A stretch of 64,000 bases of DNA from Bdellovibrionales bacterium (GTDB taxonomy: Bacteria; Bdellovibrionota; Bdellovibrionia; Bdellovibrionales; UBA1609): contig CBDHDF010000010.1 in assembly GCA_965261545.1 (NCBI GenBank), forward strand, positions 32,001 through 96,000, read 5' to 3'. The notes below the pieces were generated by a model. It did no database searches and was not told where the DNA came from. It saw nothing but the letters and a program-made list of their open reading frames with translations. The translations under genes and the position numbers were made by a program. How positions within the stretch are numbered: position 1 is the stretch's first letter; the number at the start of each line of letters is the position of its first letter. Shown here piece after piece: positions 30,273-39,459 of the stretch.

Positions 30273-32882
30273 CTATTTCTCTTGGGTTTTATTGTTTTTT
30301 GGGGAATGATGAGTGGTTAAGTACAAAAGGGCTTCCCAAGGCTTGCCGTCAAATTTTTTGATGGCATCCTCAAAGGTTTTCAAATCGGCTCGATTGGTGG
30401 GGGCAAGCCACCGGTCGTAGGGGGTTTGGTAATATCGAAAGGCCCCTTGTTTGGACTTGTCCTTGTTCATGTAGAAGATTTCGGTAAACTGCCCTTTTTT
30501 GACCTTGAGAGATTTGACAATTTCAGAATTGGCTTCATCAAAAAGATTTGACTTTTGAAGCAGGTAGTCCACGTTGTCGGGACTCATTTTGAGCATAATA
30601 AAATTATCAGCCACCGACCACATAGCTTGACCAGCTTCAAGCTCGAAATAGTTTTGGGGTCTAGGTGTCAGTCCAATAAGCCAGAATCCAAGCTTTCTGA
30701 AGGTTTCAGCCGCATCAATAATAAAGTTTTTGGCCACGGGATTGTTGCGACCGAGCATCCCCAATTCTTCGATAACAATAAAGCCACCACGCTCTCGATG
30801 CTCTGGCCTTTGTATCGTTTGACGTATTTCTTCAATCACACTCATTGTCATCAGAGTTTGAAGAGTTTCGTCCTTAAGGGCATCCAAGTCATAGACAAAA
30901 AGAAGTTCTGAAGACTTGTCTTTTTGAGCCACCCCCTGGAAATACTTGGAATAAGTCCCATCTCCATAAAAAGGGTTGAGTTTGACAAGAACTCTTTCAA
31001 TCTCCTCTTTCATCTTTTCAAACTCTAGTTCAGATGTGAGGCTTGCCATGGCTGTTACAAAGTCATCCATTGTGACTTCCACTTCTTCTTGGCTTTCTTC
31101 GCTAACAAGTTTTCCATCCATATAAGAAAGGCCAGACTCCTTGGATTTTTTAAGATAAGCCAGCTTCAATGCCCTAGAGATGCTGGTAATATGCTCACTT
31201 TCAATCTCAAACTTCGGGGAGGTCAGCTTAATGGCTGTGGTGAGGAGATGAGTGAGGAAATTCACTTTGGCATCATCAAAAGCTCCACGAAAGGGGGAGA
31301 AGGGCATTTCTTCCTGGGGGTCAAAGACTGTCAGTTCCCCATGAAAGGGGCCTATGACTCCCTTGTAACTGGATTTCTTATCAATGACGAAAACAAGGGG
31401 TTCTGGGTCAAGTCGCTTTGCAGACTGGATGCAATCAATGACAAAGGCTGACTTTCCGCTCCCACTATCAGCTAAAACCACGGTATGGTTTGAAGTTTCA
31501 TTTTCAAGGAGATTGAAGTTTATAAGGTTCTTCTCTCTTGAAAGATAGGTTTGCAGTGAGTGGGATAAGCCCTTGAAAGAATCAAAAAGTGGCAAAAACA
31601 TGACCGCATCATTTTGCAAAATGCGAATGTATCTCTGAGTTGAGTAATCCGCTTCAGGGGAGTAGTTTAAGGGAAGGGAGTTCAGGGCTAGGCCCAAGCC
31701 AATTTCTTCCTCCACAATCACCTCGCACTCAAGGTCATTGTGAAAGATGTTGATGAGTTCTCGTGTGCGTTGGTCTAGAATTTCTTCCGTTTCTCCCTCA
31801 AGAATGATGCAAAAAGTGAGATAAAGGCATTTTTCACCCACAGCCAAGCGGTCTTGGGCTTCTTTAATTTCTGCTCTTTGAACCTTGGCACTTCGTGAAA
31901 CATTGTTTTCAAGAAAAAATTCTTTAATATCAAAGAATTTTTTGACTTTTCCCTTGGAGGGGAAGCTAAAATTTAGGGACATTTTAAAAGGAAAATCCAA
32001 CTTGGTAAAATAAGCCATGCCTCCAGCGTAGGCAAACTGTGGACTTGTTTTTAATGTTATGGTTCTTGTTTTGACTCCCTCTCTTTCGATTCCTCTATAG
32101 TCAAGAGTGGGACTGTTGTAAATCAACTGGTCAGAAATGGAGAGATGCTTGTTGAACTTTGCAAATCCTCTCTTATAAAACTCTTTGGGATTAAAGAATT
32201 GGCGAGCATGGGTTAAGAACTCTTGAGCATCAAGGGTTTTGAGTTTTATTTTTGAGTTTTCAATATATTGCTTCATCATTTGGGAAAACAGTTTGATCTG
32301 TTTAACAAATTCACTCATTTCATCGAAAAGTATTCTCTCCCCTCGGTCCAGTGATCTTTTCCATTCTGCTGTGGCTGATTTTGGAGGGAAAAACCGAATG
32401 GACAAGAGGACTTTTCTCTTCAAAGGAGCCAGCTCATTGGTTGAATTGCATTGGTTTTGAATCATCTTGACCTTTTCTTTGTAAAGGATTTTTGAGACAG
32501 GGTGTGGGTACTTGTACTCACTGAGAAGCGTCTTCCAAACCTTGTCCTTTTGAGAAATATAAGACTGGTCAAAGAGAACTTGGAGGACACAGTTTTCAGG
32601 CAAAGCAAATAGTGATTTGAAGGACTCAACAGATGAAATGATATTTTTGATGGTCATGGGCTCATGTTCTAAAAGCTCGGCTTCGAGGATGGCGCCAAGG
32701 CTTCCATCCTTATTGACGAAGGTTCTAAACTCATCAATGTACTCGCTATATGGAAGCCATTGGCTTAGGGAATCCGAACGTTTGAATAGGGCTTCAGACA
32801 ATTGGAAACGGTTGCTCAATACTTGATGGATGGGGTTTAAAGTATCATGTAATTTCATGAAGACCTCCTCAGTCATTTTCAA
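30273..32882 (-). CDS. traC: TraC/VirB4 conjugation ATPase
   Basis: 869 aa; ADSGSGKS Walker A, VIDKKSSY, IVIEE, FRKLG. Confidence 0.88.
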   Translation of the reverse strand: MKMTEEVFMKLHDTLNPIHQVLSNRFQLSEALFKRSDSLSQWLPYSEYIDEFRTFVNKDGSLGAILEAELLEHEPMTIKNIISSVESFKSLFALPENCVLQVLFDQSYISQKDKVWKTLLSEYKYPHPVSKILYKEKVKMIQNQCNSTNELAPLKRKVLLSIRFFPPKSATAEWKRSLDRGERILFDEMSEFVKQIKLFSQMMKQYIENSKIKLKTLDAQEFLTHARQFFNPKEFYKRGFAKFNKHLSISDQLIYNSPTLDYRGIEREGVKTRTITLKTSPQFAYAGGMAYFTKLDFPFKMSLNFSFPSKGKVKKFFDIKEFFLENNVSRSAKVQRAEIKEAQDRLAVGEKCLYLTFCIILEGETEEILDQRTRELINIFHNDLECEVIVEEEIGLGLALNSLPLNYSPEADYSTQRYIRILQNDAVMFLPLFDSFKGLSHSLQTYLSREKNLINFNLLENETSNHTVVLADSGSGKSAFVIDCIQSAKRLDPEPLVFVIDKKSSYKGVIGPFHGELTVFDPQEEMPFSPFRGAFDDAKVNFLTHLLTTAIKLTSPKFEIESEHITSISRALKLAYLKKSKESGLSYMDGKLVSEESQEEVEVTMDDFVTAMASLTSELEFEKMKEEIERVLVKLNPFYGDGTYSKYFQGVAQKDKSSELLFVYDLDALKDETLQTLMTMSVIEEIRQTIQRPEHRERGGFIVIEELGMLGRNNPVAKNFIIDAAETFRKLGFWLIGLTPRPQNYFELEAGQAMWSVADNFIMLKMSPDNVDYLLQKSNLFDEANSEIVKSLKVKKGQFTEIFYMNKDKSKQGAFRYYQTPYDRWLAPTNRADLKTFEDAIKKFDGKPWEALLYLTTHHSPKNNKTQEK

Positions 32883-33148
32883 TGATGTTCAGGTAAAGAC
32901 CATTTGGTCTCCTCAATTAAAAGGTAAATCCATGCTCCACCAAAATAATCACCCGTGGGCATCTCATGGGCGTGAAGCCAAGCCTTTTTGATCTTTCCCC
33001 TGGTTCTTGAGACCCTTTTTTCCCTGTTGGGCTGGGCATTAAGGGAATAACCAGCCCTTTTTTCAAGAATCCCAGAAGTTTTTGTGTGGGCACAGCCTCC
33101 AAGGCTAATCAATAATGCGAGTAAGATATGAAAATACTTTTTCATGGC
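32879..33148 (-). CDS. TraV-like lipoprotein
   Basis: Lipobox LGGC; KAWLHAHEMPTGDYF; between traB and traC. Confidence 0.7.
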   Translation of the reverse strand, partial: AMKKYFHILLALLISLGGCAHTKTSGILEKRAGYSLNAQPNREKRVSRTRGKIKKAWLHAHEMPTGDYFGGAWIYLLIEETKWSLPEHH

Positions 33149-34462
33149 GATTTCTCCTTTCATTTTTCATAAAGAAATTGTTGGGCAATAAGACTTTTTC
33201 CTGCATAACAATCCACACATCCTGGCCTGAATGGACAGCTAAGGTGGGGATGAGAGAGGTGGCTTGTTTCAAGTACCAGTCACTCACCTTGGCGGCGGCT
33301 CCTTGGGCACCATTTTGCACAATGGTATTGGCGGAGTCTGGATTTGAACCCCCGATGTTTTGAGATCTGCGACTGATAATGTCCCCAACTCCATCCACTA
33401 CAGATTTGAGGAAGGCCATTTGGGCCACACGACTTTGTTTGGAGTTCAGTTTGGCTTTAACGGCAAAGGTATTGTCTGAATCATCCGCAATAAAGCCATT
33501 CACCTTTCTTTCAAAGAATTTTCCTTTTTTGGAAACACATGAAAGGCGAGTGGCCTGAAAGTTAATTCGTTCGGTGGCCATGGATGGGGAACTCTTGGCA
33601 ATCATAAAGCAGCCAGATAGATCCACTTTGTGCTTGTTGGGTCCAATATAGGAATAATCGAGAGCCAGAAGCACAGGGTAAGTTTTCCCCTCTGGGGCAT
33701 CGACACCTGTCATCAGCTTGGCTTTGACATAGCTTCCTGTGGGCAAAGTGACTCCTTCTTCCACTCGCTGATGTTTTACAGGAAAGGAGATAACTCTAGG
33801 GCCTTTAGAGCTTTTGAAGTTTCCATGGTGGCGACGAGGCTTTGGTCTTGTTTGGAATATATGACTCCTGGGTGTGGGAGGGCCGCCAAGGGAGAATTGG
33901 TTGTTGCCAAGGGGCAACTGATGGCTTTCTAACAAGCCACTTCCAACATGAATCCTCACAGGCTCGTCTTTGTGTGGCCCCATTTTCAGAACTCTTGTTT
34001 TTTCTGGCTCTGTCATTTTTTCTGAAGCTTGGGCATTTGAAGCCTGGGCATCAATTTTTTTCTTTTCAGATAGAAGCTTTGGGTCTTCGTTTGTAGCACT
34101 CGTTTGTGGTCGTGGTGCTATAACTTTGCTTCCATCTGTTTTTCAAGTTCCCGGATCCTCGCTTCAAGAGCCTGATTTTCAGCCATGATCTTCTTGGCGG
34201 TTTTACTCAATTGCACCTCCTTGTTCTTGAGGTAAGATGAGGTTTGGGAACCGAAAATCCGACCCTCTTTAAAAACTGGTCTCTGGTGATCTCGGTAAAT
34301 CACTTTCTTTGTCTCTGACATTTTACTCGTGATATAGATAAGGCTCAGGCCAAGAAAAAGAAATAATCCCATTTTTGTCTTTGGATAAGCCAACAAAGAC
34401 TTCTTTGCCGAACTGTATTGCCTTAAGGAGTGTTTAAAGAAATTCTTCACTAGTAGATTCAT
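33105..34462 (-). pseudogene. traB: TraB/VirB10-like protein with single-base frameshift near 34139-34143
   Basis: ORF 34118..34462 gives TM plus coiled coil; ORF 33105..34016 gives LPTGSYVKAKLMTGVDAP, LSGCFMI, RLSCV. One extra A in the A5 run joins them. Confidence 0.8.
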
Positions 34463-35343
34463 ATTTGCCTTCCTTTCTTTGCATGTTTATTTTCTTCATA
34501 TTGATTTTTTTCATGCTTAACAAAAGTTGGGATCATGAGGTCATTCACTGAAGCCGTTGGTTTGGCAACAATCTTTAAAAAAGTGCTACAAGTACTCCTT
34601 TTTGTTGGACATAACACCTCATGGTCAACAAGTGACATAATGGCCAAAGACGATCCTTTGAACTTCAGTTGATCTACCTCCACTTTAAACTTCGCTGTCT
34701 TACAAACATTGCTGAGCCTAACAACAAAGCCCTTGTATTCCTTCCCTGTATAAGTGCGGGTGAGTCTTGTTTTGATGCATCGAGGTCCCATGACCCGGAG
34801 GGGCGTGGTGAACAAGAGTCTGTTTTCTACCCTGCGCTTGTATCCCACAATATTGTCATCCCTATCCATGGACCTCATAAAGTCCATGACAGTGATCGCT
34901 GGTAGGTTTTTCTCTGACTTCTTAAGTAACATGCTCTTCGGGCGCAAATCATAAAAAGGTTCCGAAGAGTGTTTGGAATCGCTAGAGTTGTTTGTGCTTT
35001 TCACAATTTTGATTTTTAGAGTCACCACGCTCCCATCACTGAGAACAAAGGCCACCTTTGAGGTGCCCTTCGTAAAACGGGGACGAATGGAAAGCATGGA
35101 GTAGTCGGGGTCATTGGAATCGGCAGGCTTAATCTCAAATCTTTGGGCTTGAGAAATAGTTCGTACCTGTTTATGAAACCTGAAAATGGTCTCTTTGGAG
35201 ATACGGACAAGCTCTGGTCTTGAGCCATAGTAAATTTCTCTCGCCTGAGATGTGAGGGAAAAGAGAAGCAAGGCAAGAAAAACAAATACGACCAATAAAA
35301 TATATAAGGTGATAAATAAGACATTGCATAAATATTTATTCAT
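34459..35343 (-). CDS. TraK-like exported protein
   Basis: Signal peptide ending SQA; position between traE-like and traB-like genes. Confidence 0.6.
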   Translation of the reverse strand: MNKYLCNVLFITLYILLVVFVFLALLLFSLTSQAREIYYGSRPELVRISKETIFRFHKQVRTISQAQRFEIKPADSNDPDYSMLSIRPRFTKGTSKVAFVLSDGSVVTLKIKIVKSTNNSSDSKHSSEPFYDLRPKSMLLKKSEKNLPAITVMDFMRSMDRDDNIVGYKRRVENRLLFTTPLRVMGPRCIKTRLTRTYTGKEYKGFVVRLSNVCKTAKFKVEVDQLKFKGSSLAIMSLVDHEVLCPTKRSTCSTFLKIVAKPTASVNDLMIPTFVKHEKNQYEENKHAKKGRQI

Positions 35344-35345
35344 GG

Positions 35346-36077
35346 TTACCTCTTTCCTTGGGGGTTATTGGTGATTTCTTTTCCTCTAAAGGAGTTGGCT
35401 TCTGTACGAGTGAGGGAGGTGATTTGCAAGAACCACTTTTTACCCTGCTTGGGGGGAATCAGCTTTAAGACCATTTCAATAACCTCATCAGTTCTTCCCA
35501 TGTACTCATTGTTGGCGTAACGCTCCCTTGTCGTGATGGCAACCACCTTGTAATGACCTCGCTCATTGGATACTATCTCTTTGTCTGTCACCTTTAAGAC
35601 TTCAGAAATATTCTCCATTTTCACCATCTCAGCCCACTCTGATATTTCCATATCAAAGCGAACCTTAAGGTCGTGGGACATATAACTGGAGAGTTCCGTG
35701 TATTGCCCATCAATGTTGACTGGGTTGATATTCCCAAGGATTCTTAAAAAGGACATGACAGCGTTTTCCACATAACCATCGGTGACAGTTTGAGGAGAGG
35801 CTGGTGTGAAGTCCACAACTCCTGGGGCCAAGATATACTCCTTTTCTCTAAGCTTTGAATGAAGGTTTCCGATTTCATATCTGGTCACAACAAAGTAAAC
35901 ACCCAAGACCCCAATGAGCAGAAGAATGATATTTTGCAATAAAATCTTCTCCTTCAATAAAGCGGCCTTAAAGCATAAATACTTGGGCAAGACCTTAAGG
36001 TTCACCCCATCATAGGAGCCCGCAGGTGGTGAACTCACTTGAGAGGATTGGATGCCTTTTTCCATAGCTCCCACCAT
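35346..36077 (-). CDS. TraE/VirB8-like protein
   Basis: Single TM followed by YVENAVMSFLRILGNINPVNI; start placed after the stop of the upstream gene. Confidence 0.65.
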   Translation of the reverse strand: MVGAMEKGIQSSQVSSPPAGSYDGVNLKVLPKYLCFKAALLKEKILLQNIILLLIGVLGVYFVVTRYEIGNLHSKLREKEYILAPGVVDFTPASPQTVTDGYVENAVMSFLRILGNINPVNIDGQYTELSSYMSHDLKVRFDMEISEWAEMVKMENISEVLKVTDKEIVSNERGHYKVVAITTRERYANNEYMGRTDEVIEMVLKLIPPKQGKKWFLQITSLTRTEANSFRGKEITNNPQGKR

Positions 36078-36078
36078 A

Positions 36079-36411
36079 CTACTTACCACTTCCTGACACT
36101 TCTTTTTTGCTGCCTTGAGCTTTGTAAGGACTTTCGTTCTCAATGATGGTACGAATGTAATTGGTCGGGAAAATGCATGTCTTAATGACTTGAACAACAA
36201 ATGATTTTCCATCCTTAGATTTAAAAGCCTTGACTTCTTCAATGGGTCTTCTTGCATAAAATCCTCCATCTTTCTTTTTGGAAATTATTTGTTTGTTGGT
36301 ATTGGCTTGCTTGCTGGCAGTTGTGTGTTTGTTGGTATCCGCTTCTTTACTGGCAATTGCCTGTTTGGTAGCCATCACTTGATTCTTATTTTCTTTATTT
36401 TTGTGAGTCAT
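36079..36411 (-). CDS. Small basic hypothetical protein with repetitive N-terminus
   Basis: GAGG RBS; ASK(E/Q)A(D/N)TNK repeats, then a compact beta-rich core. Confidence 0.6.
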   Translation of the reverse strand: MTHKNKENKNQVMATKQAIASKEADTNKHTTASKQANTNKQIISKKKDGGFYARRPIEEVKAFKSKDGKSFVVQVIKTCIFPTNYIRTIIENESPYKAQGSKKEVSGSGK

Positions 36412-36422
36412 TGTGACCTCCT

Positions 36423-36457
36423 GGTTATGGTTATGGTTATGGTTATGGTTATGGTTA
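36423..36457. repeat. (GGTTAT)n hexamer microsatellite
   Basis: Five full units plus a partial one, in the gap between traL-like and the RBS of the next gene. Confidence 0.85.
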
Positions 36458-36475
36458 GATGTTTATATTAAATGC

Positions 36476-36787
36476 TTAATCAGAGTATTTTTTCTTTCCT
36501 TTCGGGTTCATAAGAGCTGGTAGGCTCATGTTCCATCGACTGTAAGGCCAATGAAGGAAAATGCCTTTGTGATTCCTTCTCTTTATTACCGGTCCTATTC
36601 CCAAAAACAGTAATAATAGGATGAACATAGTCCACCATGAATAAAAGATGACCCCAAATATCAAGATGATAAAGAGGGCTATAAAGACATCACTTAACTC
36701 CCAAAAGTCGAACACAGTGATGGGTGAGTCGATGGATTGAGCCACCTTTCTCCCATGTCTTGCTTTAATCAATGCATAATCGTACAT
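36476..36787 (-). CDS. TraL/VirB3-like membrane protein
   Basis: 103 aa; IDSPITVFDFWE, two TM segments, GIFLHWPY; follows the pilin gene. Confidence 0.7.
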   Translation of the reverse strand: MYDYALIKARHGRKVAQSIDSPITVFDFWELSDVFIALFIILIFGVIFYSWWTMFILLLLFLGIGPVIKRRNHKGIFLHWPYSRWNMSLPALMNPKGKKKYSD

Positions 36788-36807
36788 AATGAAACCTCCT
36801 TTCTAGT

Positions 36808-37209
36808 TTAGTTAAAAATCCCATTTCCTCCACCAATGGAGAAAATATTTTCTACCCAAACGGGGGCAGTTCCGAGAATAATGGCAGCAATGATGCAAAC
36901 AATGGCAACTCCAAACCTTTGCTCCTTGAGGTTATACCCTGCTGATAGGATACTAATTCCTGAAAACAGCCTTGCCCCCCACTTAAAAAGGGCTGTATCG
37001 ACAATTCTTAGGACTGTGCCAGCGGCTTCCAGTTGGTCTGAGGCGTCTGTTCCCGGAATTCGAGGGCCTGCATAGGCCATAGAAACCATTGTCAATAAAA
37101 GTAGAAGTAGTAGTAGTAGTAGTAGTAAAAGATTTCGATGTGTTGGGTCTTTGCCAAAGAAATTGGCTGGAGTTGTTTGACACATATATTTTGCAAACAT
37201 GACATCCAT
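36808..37209 (-). CDS. Conjugative pilin precursor (TraA/VirB2-like)
   Basis: Poly-Leu signal peptide ending AYA, then two hydrophobic helices; start placed at ATG after AGGAG. Confidence 0.65.
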   Translation of the reverse strand: MDVMFAKYMCQTTPANFFGKDPTHRNLLLLLLLLLLLLLTMVSMAYAGPRIPGTDASDQLEAAGTVLRIVDTALFKWGARLFSGISILSAGYNLKEQRFGVAIVCIIAAIILGTAPVWVENIFSIGGGNGIFN

Positions 37210-37418
37210 AGTTTTTTCTCCTTGTTCTTGGTTGGATTTCTCACCATCATTATTATGAATGGGATGAGGGATGGGGTTAGGGGTGAAATTAGAAATGAGT
37301 TCCAAATTATGAGTAGAATTGGAATTATAAGGAGAACCCACATTATAGGAATTTTTAAAGCATTTTGAGTTATAACCCTTGTGTTTTGTTTTACACATTG
37401 TCTGGCAAACAGGATAAA

Positions 37419-38278
37419 TCATAGTTTTTCTCCTTTTTCTAGTAGGGCAATCATTGAATTTACACCTTGGAAACCAATAATGGCTGGGTGAAGGACTTTC
37501 TTTTTTAAATCCGCAACAAGTGTGAATGGTACAGATTCAATCTTGTGCTTTTTTATCTCATCTCTTGTGGCTTTCTGTATGGGAAGTGGAAAAGAGTTTT
37601 TCTTAAAATCTCTGTCATCCACCTGTCGAGCCTCAACATAGATTCCACGATTTTGTAATTTTAGGAGAGTCTTAAACATTCGTTTGCATGAGGGACATTT
37701 AGAATCAAAATACATTCTGACCCTGTATCTTGAGGGATCAAATGAGATTTTTGGACTTTGGATTTTTTTCTGAAGAACTTGGCGAACTTCAGGGGTGTAT
37801 TTTGAGTTTTTACTCAAATACTCTTTGATCCTCTGTTGAAGTCGCTTATTGAGGGAGCTTTTCACCTTGTTGTAGGCCATCCAATTTCTGATATTCTCAT
37901 CCGTTGGGTTGCGGGCAAGTTCTATAAAAGGCTCTGGAGGTTTGTAGCTTCCTTCCTTGAAGAACTCATCATTTTGAGGGTTGAGGTACTTTTCCCAGTC
38001 AAATGGCTTTGATGTTTTCTTCGTTTCTTTGTCTTTCTGAGTTTTTTTGTATTCTTTGACTTCTGTCTCTTTTTTGTCTTTTTTAATTTGGAACTCGTTG
38101 GTGGTCGTAGTTCCTAGTTCTTTTTTCCGTTCTCCTTCCAATAATCAATACCATCAGGGAAATATTTTATTTCTTGGTTATTGGTTTGAGGTGAAATATT
38201 GCGACTTGCCTGGATTGAGGTGAGGCAAGAAAGAAACAATAGATTGAAAAGAAGCAATCGTTTGATAGGGTTATTCAC
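37419..38278 (-). pseudogene. Exported thioredoxin-like (TraF/TrbC-like) protein with frameshift near 38121-38126
   Basis: YFDSKCPSC and ESVP motifs. A signal peptide MNNPIKRLLLFNLLFLSCLTSIQA starts at GTG 38278 in another frame and joins if the A6 run gains one A. Confidence 0.65.
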
Positions 38279-39458
38279 AGTTTAATACCTCCTGATAATC
38301 AATAAGACTGTTTTGAGCCTTTGAGACGTACTCGTCAAGAAGGCTCTTTTTGGGTTTCAATGATTTGGCCAATTCAAATTTTGTAAGATATTCCATAACG
38401 GGGATTCTCCCCACAACTCCCTTTTTGCACCTTTGGCATCCCTTGGAGTTTATTTGTCGGAAGTCTCCTTGTAAGTTGAGGTGAGCAAGGGCATGGATTT
38501 TTCTCACATCTTGGGAGGTCACTCTATTTGAACAAAAGGGACAAATTTTTTTCACAAGTCGTTGAGCCGCACAGAACCTCAAGTTGGATTCAAGCATGTA
38601 GGATTCAACTCCCATATTTCGTAGGCGTTCAATGACTTTCACCGCACTGTTGGCATGAAGGGTGGAAATCACAAGGTGCCCCGTGGCTGAGGCTTTAAAG
38701 CAAAGGTCTGCGGTTTCCCAATCTCGTATTTCACCAACAAAAATAATATCAGGGTCTTGACGGAGCACGGCTCTCAATCCATCGGCAAAAGACAGGGAGT
38801 CTTTAATTTCAATCTGGTTGATTCCTTGAAAGCTATATTCCACAGGGTCTTCCAGTGAGACGATGTTCTTTCGTTCTTTGTCAAGGGAGTTGAGGAGGCT
38901 GAAAAGTGTTCTTGTTTTTCCGCTTCCTGTGGGTCCAGAAACAAGAATCACTCCATTGGGCTCATTGGCTGAGTTGCTAAGGTCAAAAACCGCATCATCA
39001 CTGAGGTTGGATGACTCCAGGTTAAAATCTGTTGTCATATCAAGAAGGCGGAGAACAATCTTTTCCCCATACAGTGTGGGGGTGGAGTTGACTCTCAAGG
39101 CTAATTTCCATGAAGGAAGTGACAAACGGCTGTCTTGTGGTCTATTGCTGATAGCAATAGACAGGTTGCAAAGCCTTTTGGTCTCCTGAATGAAGCTTTG
39201 CCGATAATCTCTGCTGAGGGTCTTGTGAGTAAAGAGGTCACCATTGACTCTTATTCTTATGGCAAGCCCATTGGCATGGGGTTCAATATGAATATCGCTT
39301 GCAGATTGCTTTTGGGCATGTTGCAAGGTCTCTCGGAAAAGTGAGGTGTAAGGACCACAGTTGGCCATTTTTTCTTCACTGGTTTGTTTGTGTTCCATTG
39401 TAATTTGACTCATCTTATCTTCCCTGTTTTTTTCATTCTTTTCATTCTTTTGATTCAT
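38271..39458 (-). CDS. GspE/PilB-family secretion ATPase
   Basis: ASDIHIEP, GEKIVLRLL, GPTGSGKT, LEDPVEY, LRQDPDIIFVGEIRD, TGHLVISTLH, CPFC...CQRC. Confidence 0.92.
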   Translation of the reverse strand: MNQKNEKNEKNREDKMSQITMEHKQTSEEKMANCGPYTSLFRETLQHAQKQSASDIHIEPHANGLAIRIRVNGDLFTHKTLSRDYRQSFIQETKRLCNLSIAISNRPQDSRLSLPSWKLALRVNSTPTLYGEKIVLRLLDMTTDFNLESSNLSDDAVFDLSNSANEPNGVILVSGPTGSGKTRTLFSLLNSLDKERKNIVSLEDPVEYSFQGINQIEIKDSLSFADGLRAVLRQDPDIIFVGEIRDWETADLCFKASATGHLVISTLHANSAVKVIERLRNMGVESYMLESNLRFCAAQRLVKKICPFCSNRVTSQDVRKIHALAHLNLQGDFRQINSKGCQRCKKGVVGRIPVMEYLTKFELAKSLKPKKSLLDEYVSKAQNSLIDYQEVLNCE

Positions 39459-39459
39459 C

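Noticed and set aside
38271..39458. Type II secretion or type IV pilus locus
   Set aside because: No secretin, PilC/GspF or N-methyl pilin genes in the window.
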